Shown here: positions 58,183 to 64,000 of the stretch, piece after piece
Numbering within the stretch: position 1 is the stretch's first letter
How the letters are laid out: every line of letters starts with the position of its first letter
IMG/VR virus record: IMGVR_UViG_3300023174_000067
Span: 70,634 to 134,633 of that record
Reading direction: 5' to 3' (one strand)
Origin: a virus
DNA: 64,000 bases
Translations under genes and position numbers: made by a program
The notes under the pieces: generated by a model
The model's database searches: none
Seen by the model: only the letters and a program-made list of their open reading frames with translations
Told to the model about the DNA's origin: nothing

Positions 58183-60009
58183 TTATCTCAATTCTTGTAA
58201 ATCAAACGTTCTAACACCATCAACTGTAATTTTACCATAGAAACGGTTATTAACCATTTTCTTAGCGTATCTCGTCATAATACCCTTAATTGGAGTAAAG
58301 TTGAACGGATTGTACATAGTTGGAGTTAATTGTAGAGGTACATATGGTGCGTAGATGTAACCAGTATCTAACAATGATGTTCCTTTGTGTCCTATCAAAA
58401 CAGTGTTTGCTGGGAAGTAAGGGTCACGATATACTTGGTAACGACCTGCTAAAGTACCTACTCTTTCAATACCCATGTTGTATTGGTCTTGTTCAGGAGC
58501 TGCGTTTGATACGTGGAAATATTCCAAATCATCAAAAATTGCACTGATTTCAGAAGAAACAATAATCCAGTTTGCTCCACCTCTCAAAGTAGATTTGTGA
58601 ATTTGAGCAGAAACTTGGTTAATTGCTGTAATCAAAGTTTGATTCCAATCTTTCTGAGTATAAGAAGTTGTTTGAGATAATCTCTTCCAACCATTGTAAT
58701 CCCAACGTAATGACCAAGCGGCTCCTTTACGAAGGTCTCTTAAGATTTCACGGTCAATTTCAGCGGCAACTTGCTCAGACAATAAAGCTGTCAATTCAGC
58801 TTCAGCATCGATGTTGTGGAAAGCCGCAACGTCTTGAGCCAATTCAGGTGACCATTGAGCTCTTAATTTTCTTTCAGTTACAGAAACTGTTACTGATTCA
58901 AGGTCAAAAGAAACTTCACCAATTTTATCTTCGAATTCTAATTCTTCGTATCTTCTAAATACCGCTTTAAACGCTGTATCAGCAACTAAAGTTGTGATTG
59001 AAGTACCTGTGTAACCATCTAAAGAGTCGGCTCCACATGTTGCACATACAGGACATTGAAGGTCAACTTCCAAAATGATACAACCATTAACTGAACAAAC
59101 ACTATCATAACTACCTCCGTTACCACTAGGGAATGAAGTTGTTGTTACATTGTAGTTAGGATTAACAATACCTCTACCATATTGTTGAGTTACAACTCTG
59201 AATGGTAATGCACTTGCAGTAGTATCAGTACATCCTGTAGATGCTGAAGAAACAGTTAAACCTGTACCTGCGATAATGTGTAAATCAGATAAGAATGATT
59301 CGGTATCCATTTCAGAACCATCAGGTCCCATCATTTTACCATTACCAAGATTATTGAATCCACACATTTTGATGATAACTTTTCTAACGTTTTTACCGTT
59401 AAAATCAGTTGTTGCATCAACTAAACTTCCGTTAGACCATACTTGAGCAGTTGTTGATGCAGTAATTGCAGTCCACTGACCTTTAGAATAATCAAACAAA
59501 CCAGCTGGGTTTAAAGTTGGTTCAGAACCTTCATAGAATAAATCATAAAGATTTTTAGCATATGCACTTCCTGTTGTATAACCTGCAGTTTGACTACCTG
59601 GGTAGTTACCTGGAGAACCAATAGGTGCATAGTGAGTAGTAGACTGATTTCCAGTACCTGTACCACCTGTATACCCTTGGATTTTAGGTACAAAGTAGAA
59701 CAATTTACCAATTGGTAAGTTCATAGCTTGTACAGAAACAATATCATTTGCCAAAAGTTTAGAGAATACTCTTCTTACGATTGGAAATACAACTGTTTCA
59801 AAAGAACCTGAAGAATCTGTAGAAGATGCTTCGTTGATTAAGAATGATGCTTGGTTTTCATATAACTGTGCAACGTTCTCTTTTAGGTGGCCTTTAAGAC
59901 CTTCAAGGAACCCTAATTTGTCCCATTTGTTAATAGTGTCTTCTTTAATAACTTTAAGGTGCTTAAGACCAATGTTACCAACAAGACCGCTTTCTAATAA
60001 TGCTCCCAT
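58183..60009 (-). CDS. Major capsid protein (T4 gp23-like)
   Basis: PIVRRVF..L.A.DIVSVQAM..P.G, RKLRAQWSPELAQD..A.H.IDAEAEL, EIDREI, YAPYVPL and GIMTRYA motifs. Confidence 0.97.
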   Translation of the reverse strand: MGALLESGLVGNIGLKHLKVIKEDTINKWDKLGFLEGLKGHLKENVAQLYENQASFLINEASSTDSSGSFETVVFPIVRRVFSKLLANDIVSVQAMNLPIGKLFYFVPKIQGYTGGTGTGNQSTTHYAPIGSPGNYPGSQTAGYTTGSAYAKNLYDLFYEGSEPTLNPAGLFDYSKGQWTAITASTTAQVWSNGSLVDATTDFNGKNVRKVIIKMCGFNNLGNGKMMGPDGSEMDTESFLSDLHIIAGTGLTVSSASTGCTDTTASALPFRVVTQQYGRGIVNPNYNVTTTSFPSGNGGSYDSVCSVNGCIILEVDLQCPVCATCGADSLDGYTGTSITTLVADTAFKAVFRRYEELEFEDKIGEVSFDLESVTVSVTERKLRAQWSPELAQDVAAFHNIDAEAELTALLSEQVAAEIDREILRDLRKGAAWSLRWDYNGWKRLSQTTSYTQKDWNQTLITAINQVSAQIHKSTLRGGANWIIVSSEISAIFDDLEYFHVSNAAPEQDQYNMGIERVGTLAGRYQVYRDPYFPANTVLIGHKGTSLLDTGYIYAPYVPLQLTPTMYNPFNFTPIKGIMTRYAKKMVNNRFYGKITVDGVRTFDLQELR

Positions 60010-60033
60010 TTTAAATGTGTTTTGTTTTTTAGT

Positions 60034-61590
60034 TTATTTAATGATGTTCATTTTTGACATCAAATCTTTCATTCTCATAAATTGAGGGTTTTCGTAAGTT
60101 TTTGACTCAATTAAGTTAGCAGCTGAACCTGATGATGGAGTTCTTTCAATTTTCTCTTGAATAGATTCTTTCACAAGTTTATTACCGCTTTGAGATGAAA
60201 GTTCGTCTTTAACTGTTTTATAAAGAGTTTTTGACTCTTTTAAAGATTCAACGGAATCAAATCTTCTTAAGATATTAATTTTTTCTTGCTTAGTAGTTGA
60301 ATGTTCAGTAAACAATCTTGTTGCATAAGCCAGATTTGAATTGAAAACCGCAACTTCATTTAATTTACTTCTAAAAACGTTAAGTGCTTTTCTGTACTCT
60401 TCATTCTTTTCTCTAAGTAAATTTAATTCAGAATTAACCGATTCGGCATTTAAGTGTCTTGGAGCTGCTTTAGGTTTTGGTAAACCATGCTTACCAAATC
60501 TTCTACCCGCACCCAATGTTCTTGACGCTTCTTTAGTTTCTGTTTTACCTGACATAGGTTTTGTACTACCAGTAGTTTGTTCTTTATATTCAAACTTAGC
60601 TTTACCCATACCCATTCCTTTTGGTTTAACAGATTTCATGCTTTCTTTAAATTCAAATTTAGGTTTGCCCATTCCAACACCTTTGGTTCCTTGTTTCATA
60701 CTTTCTTTGAAACCACCTTTGGTTTTTTTGTATTGGAATTTTGCCTTTCCCATTCCAACTCCTTTAGCTTTGAATCCCTCTTCTACCATACCTTCAGACC
60801 ATTCTTCATTTTCTTCAAAATCGTTACCGATTTCTTCAAAACCTCCAAAATCGTCATCCATGTCCATGTCATCTTCAATCTCGAATTCGTCTTCATCTTC
60901 GTCATCCATGTCATCTGACATTTCAATTTCAAACATAACTTCTTCTTCATCGTCTTCAGTCATGTTTGAATCCATACTGTCAAATGAATCCTGTTCACTT
61001 ACGTGAATGTCTTCATCATCCATTAATGGTGGAAAATCCCCTCCTTCTGAATCAAGTTCACTATCTTCTTCTTCTTCATCATCATATTGCTCACCTAATG
61101 AGATTTTATAATGAGCGTCTTCGTTGGTATCTTCTAAATCAACAGTGTTACCGTCTTTTTTTACGATAATTCCGTCTTCTTCTCCCATACCTTTAAAAAC
61201 TTTTAAAATTTCTTCGTCAGAAGCATTTGTTAAGTCGATAGGTTCTTCGTCATCAAACATTGGCTCTTCCATGTCATCAGAATCATCTTCCATGTCATCA
61301 AGTTCAATGTCATCTTCCATGTCATCAAGTTCAGAATCATCTTCAACATCATCGGTATCTTCGATTTCAGTTTCGTCTTCATCTTCTTGTTCAGTCATTT
61401 CAGAATCTACATCTTCTTCTTCATCCATTTCAGATTCCATTTCAGTCTCGTATAAAGACTCTTTTACTAATTCGCCGATTTCTTCTTTCATAGTAGAATG
61501 AAGTATTCCTTTTGCATTTTCAGAAATCACATCTTCTAAACTTTTCATTTGAAGTAGTGTTTCCTCTACAAGTGATTTTTTTTCTGCCAT
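60034..61590 (-). CDS. Prohead core/scaffold protein (gp22-like) with a long acidic region
   Basis: Lies between the protease and capsid genes; D/E-rich; coiled-coil C-terminus LNEVAVFNSNL.Y..RLF; many [ILV]xE sites. Confidence 0.75.
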   Translation of the reverse strand: MAEKKSLVEETLLQMKSLEDVISENAKGILHSTMKEEIGELVKESLYETEMESEMDEEEDVDSEMTEQEDEDETEIEDTDDVEDDSELDDMEDDIELDDMEDDSDDMEEPMFDDEEPIDLTNASDEEILKVFKGMGEEDGIIVKKDGNTVDLEDTNEDAHYKISLGEQYDDEEEEDSELDSEGGDFPPLMDDEDIHVSEQDSFDSMDSNMTEDDEEEVMFEIEMSDDMDDEDEDEFEIEDDMDMDDDFGGFEEIGNDFEENEEWSEGMVEEGFKAKGVGMGKAKFQYKKTKGGFKESMKQGTKGVGMGKPKFEFKESMKSVKPKGMGMGKAKFEYKEQTTGSTKPMSGKTETKEASRTLGAGRRFGKHGLPKPKAAPRHLNAESVNSELNLLREKNEEYRKALNVFRSKLNEVAVFNSNLAYATRLFTEHSTTKQEKINILRRFDSVESLKESKTLYKTVKDELSSQSGNKLVKESIQEKIERTPSSGSAANLIESKTYENPQFMRMKDLMSKMNIIK

Positions 61591-61700
61591 TTTTTAGTAT
61601 TTTTACTATATAAATATTTCTAATTATAGAAAAAGTTTATTTTAGGGTGTTGCACACCCAATTATTTTAATTAGATTATTAATAAATATTACCGTATACG

Positions 61701-61726
61701 AAAAAAGGAGACAAACGTCTCCTTTT
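61701..61726 (-). terminator. Intrinsic terminator
   Basis: AAAAGGAGAC-aaac-GTCTCCTTTT hairpin. Confidence 0.8.
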
Positions 61727-61747
61727 ATTTTAAATTTTTAGAATTAC

Positions 61748-61960
61748 TTACACTTCCAATACCTCGTCAATTTTACTTTCAGATACTGAAGTGATTCTCC
61801 AATCTTGAGAAAATGTCTCGTATCGTTTTGTAACCTTCGCCTCAACATCAGTTACCGAATATCCACGAACCAATTTCTCTTCTCTAATTTTTTTAATCTT
61901 CCCTGTCTCAGGGTCTGGCAAATCATAAGTGATTTTTGCTACAAAGTACTTTTCATCCAT
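61748..61960 (-). CDS. DUF4494-like small protein
   Basis: YF.AKI.Y...G..KK..E..LV...S.T..EA...I.SV.ESKI pattern of the Bacteroidota DUF4494 family (recognised from memory). Confidence 0.55.
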   Translation of the reverse strand: MDEKYFVAKITYDLPDPETGKIKKIREEKLVRGYSVTDVEAKVTKRYETFSQDWRITSVSESKIDEVLEV

Positions 61961-61965
61961 AATTA

Positions 61966-62694
61966 TTATTTTCCTAAATAATCGGATAATTTTCTCATTA
62001 AGTCAAGCGATTTGTTTCCTTCACCTGGTTGAGCACCTAAAACTCTTTCTCTTTTCATTTTGTTTTCCTCATCAAGATTCTCTTCGTAGTTATTTCTATC
62101 TTCAGGATTTAAAAATAAGTAAGCACCTGGTGTTGATGGGGACGATACCAAATCAAAACAAATTAATTCGAAATCATCTTGTACTTCATTTTGTTCTCCT
62201 TTTTTTGCCAATGACCCAACTCCTCTTGAAGATATACCTAATGTAACACCTTGTCTTAAATAGTTTGCGGCGGTATCTCCTTTACAAGAAATAATACCTC
62301 TCTCATGAAATCCTGGAGATGTTAATAATTTTAACTTACCCATTAGAATGTTACCTTCCCACCATACTTCAGTTATCATATGAGAAACTCTATCCAAATC
62401 AATCAATGATGATTCTGGATGGTTTAGTTCAGACAATGCAGTCCCTTTAGAAATCGCTTTCTTATAGTTCTCCGCTTCTCTTTTTAATATTTTTTCAGGA
62501 TAAATTCTTCCGTTTCTATTTGGAGTATTGTATTTTTGTAAAACCGCATAAAACTCAAATGGTTTAGAATAATCTAACATATTTTTAGATTCTTTAATTA
62601 TTTGAGCATTATGTTTATCGGTTGGTGATATATAACCCGCATCATATTCTACCAATATACCTTTACCAATCTCATTTGGTGCCAATATTTTCAT
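61966..62694 (-). CDS. Prohead maturation protease (T4 gp21-like)
   Basis: NRNGRIY, ELNHP, VSH, GISSRGVGS and DLVSSPS...A motifs. Confidence 0.93.
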   Translation of the reverse strand: MKILAPNEIGKGILVEYDAGYISPTDKHNAQIIKESKNMLDYSKPFEFYAVLQKYNTPNRNGRIYPEKILKREAENYKKAISKGTALSELNHPESSLIDLDRVSHMITEVWWEGNILMGKLKLLTSPGFHERGIISCKGDTAANYLRQGVTLGISSRGVGSLAKKGEQNEVQDDFELICFDLVSSPSTPGAYLFLNPEDRNNYEENLDEENKMKRERVLGAQPGEGNKSLDLMRKLSDYLGK

Positions 62695-62736
62695 ATTTTT
62701 ATTTTATAATAAATATATTGTTTAAGGTATATTTCA

Positions 62737-63186
62737 TTATTTGATAGAAATTGTTTCTTTTTTAGTTAGATAAAACTTGTAATTTTCACTTTTTTTAAAA
62801 TTTTTATTAATAATTCCATCTGTTATTTTTTTAATTTCGGTTTTAATGATATTTGATTTAAAATCTAAATTTTCGTTTTTTAAATAAAAAAAACATTCTA
62901 AATTTAAAAATGATTTTTTATTTAGTTGAATACCGCTAGACCTTAAGTCTAGGTCAACAATAAATTTGTCATTAAAAATTAATGGATTAAGATAATCTAA
63001 AATAGTGTGTTTAATTTGTCTTGATAAATTACTTACTGACCTTGTTGGGTAATCAATTTCTACTTTTGGTTCAACCCATGTTTGGATGTTTAAATAAATG
63101 GATTTTAATGATTTTGAATCTACAGTTCCGTAATTTACTTTATAAGAACGATATCCCGCAAGTTTCGTACTTTTTCCTTTCTTCAT
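62737..63186 (-). CDS. Hypothetical protein
   Basis: 149 aa ORF with TTGACA-N17-TATTTT upstream (63220-63248). Confidence 0.6.
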   Translation of the reverse strand: MKKGKSTKLAGYRSYKVNYGTVDSKSLKSIYLNIQTWVEPKVEIDYPTRSVSNLSRQIKHTILDYLNPLIFNDKFIVDLDLRSSGIQLNKKSFLNLECFFYLKNENLDFKSNIIKTEIKKITDGIINKNFKKSENYKFYLTKKETISIK

Positions 63187-63258
63187 ACTTTTTCATTGTG
63201 TGTAGTTTATTTTTATAAAAAAATACACAATAAATTTTGGTATGTCAAAGAATTTTAA

Positions 63259-63266
63259 TAGTTTTG
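63259..63266 (+). promoter_or_regulatory. Bacteroidota-type -7 promoter (TAGTTTTG) for bS21
   Basis: TAnnTTTG 16 nt upstream of the ATG. Confidence 0.5.
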
Positions 63267-63282
63267 AAGATATTTGTAATAT

Positions 63283-63471
63283 ATGATTATAGTAAACATA
63301 GACCAAAAAACTCCAATAGAAAAAGCACTTAAAATGTTAAAAAATAAGGTTATTAAAACCAAGCAAAATGATATTTTAAGAGAAAGAAAAGAATACACTA
63401 AAAAATCAGTAGTATTAAGAACCCAAAAGAAAAAGGCGATTTACAAACAAAAACTTACAAATTCTCGTTAA
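63283..63471 (+). CDS. rpsU: Phage-encoded ribosomal protein bS21
   Basis: IEKALK..K.K..KT....LR.R.EY.K.SV..R....KA.Y.Q; 62 aa, basic. Confidence 0.85.
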   Translation: MIIVNIDQKTPIEKALKMLKNKVIKTKQNDILRERKEYTKKSVVLRTQKKKAIYKQKLTNSR

Positions 63472-64000
63472 GAGTTTTTAACTTAATTAAAGTTATTGAA
63501 TCAACTTTTTCAGATTTAATTTTATCAATTGTCTGATTAATTTTAGTTTTAGTTTCATCATCTGATTCAACTAACATTGTTTCTAATTTTTCAATAACCA
63601 TTTCACTTAATACTTCAAATCTTTTATTAACCTCACTTTGAGGTAAAGTTAGATATTTTTTAACTTGAGATAACTCAGATTCATTTAATTCAGATAAATA
63701 ATTTTTTAAATTACTGTTTGCAACCTCAACAATTTTTTCTATTGGTAAATTAATTATATTAGATTTGAATTCTTTTTTTGTTAAATTATTAATTATTGAA
63801 TTTTTAGAATTAATTAAATTTTCAATAATTAAAGTATTTTTACCTATAACGACATCAATTTGTTTATATTGATTTTCACAAGTAATATTTTTTGTCCATT
63901 CATTAATTTGTGATATTGATTTTTTTGTTAACTGTATTTTACTAAATAAATCAATACATTCATTAACAAAATCCTCCGCAAATTTTTTGTCAAAACCTTT
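63455..64000 (-). CDS. Hypothetical protein, C-terminal part (head module)
   Basis: Open frame from the window end to the stop at 63455, ending ...KINQTIDKIKSEKVDSITLIKLKTLNENL; overlaps the bS21 3' end. Confidence 0.65.
   Translation of the reverse strand, partial: KGFDKKFAEDFVNECIDLFSKIQLTKKSISQINEWTKNITCENQYKQIDVVIGKNTLIIENLINSKNSIINNLTKKEFKSNIINLPIEKIVEVANSNLKNYLSELNESELSQVKKYLTLPQSEVNKRFEVLSEMVIEKLETMLVESDDETKTKINQTIDKIKSEKVDSITLIKLKTLNENL

Noticed and set aside
61265-61345. Short direct repeats (tcttccatgtcatca)
   Set aside because: They encode the DDMED acidic repeats of the scaffold; no separate function is evident.
60341-61501. Plus-strand ORFs (221, 113, 67, 125 and 77 aa) opposite the scaffold
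   Set aside because: Antisense shadows of a low-complexity D/E/K-rich gene, giving poly-Ser/Phe products.
1-64000. Alternative genetic code (stop-codon reassignment), as in some jumbo phages
   Set aside because: Standard-code ORFs are full-length and tile the window densely; conserved genes are not fragmented.
1-64000. Cellular (bacterial) origin suggested by SOD, SlyD, bS21, GTs and OMP
   Set aside because: These genes are interspersed among T4-like capsid, protease, neck, sheath and baseplate genes. No housekeeping operons or integrase are seen.
1-64000. tRNA or other structured RNA genes
   Set aside because: Intergenic gaps are short and AT-rich and no cloverleaf or T-loop motif was seen by eye. 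tRNAscan-SE/Infernal would be needed to exclude them formally.

Overview
This window is a very AT-rich, gene-dense segment of a large (jumbo-type) T4-like myophage genome in the standard genetic code. The host is probably a Bacteroidota: there are TAnnTTTG promoters, no Shine-Dalgarno sites, a Bacteroidota-type bS21 and a DUF4494-like gene. Morphogenesis genes include the tail sheath (partial), gp15-, gp14- and gp13-like neck/terminator proteins, a gp5-like baseplate hub, major capsid protein, scaffold and prohead protease. Replication and regulatory genes include a family B DNA polymerase, SNF2 helicase, stand-alone 3'-5' exonuclease, dUTPase, PhoH and a gp55-like sigma factor. Auxiliary genes include an Mn-type SOD, SlyD, an outer-membrane beta-barrel and ribosomal protein bS21. 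Four things stand out. (1) A glycosyltransferase operon with a GT60-like peptide GlcNAc-transferase sits between genes for Thr/Pro-rich mucin-like proteins, suggesting a phage-encoded mucin-type O-glycosylation system for the virion. (2) An LCIB/C-type beta-carbonic anhydrase is fused to an N-terminal domain shared with one of the mucin-like proteins. (3) Two convergent gene pairs each combine a host-promoter-driven secreted protein with a late-promoter-driven OmpA-like protein. (4) A recurrent TATTTAT late-promoter motif and [ILV]xE putative maturation motifs mark likely head cargo. All family assignments come from motif recognition by eye; no database searches were run.
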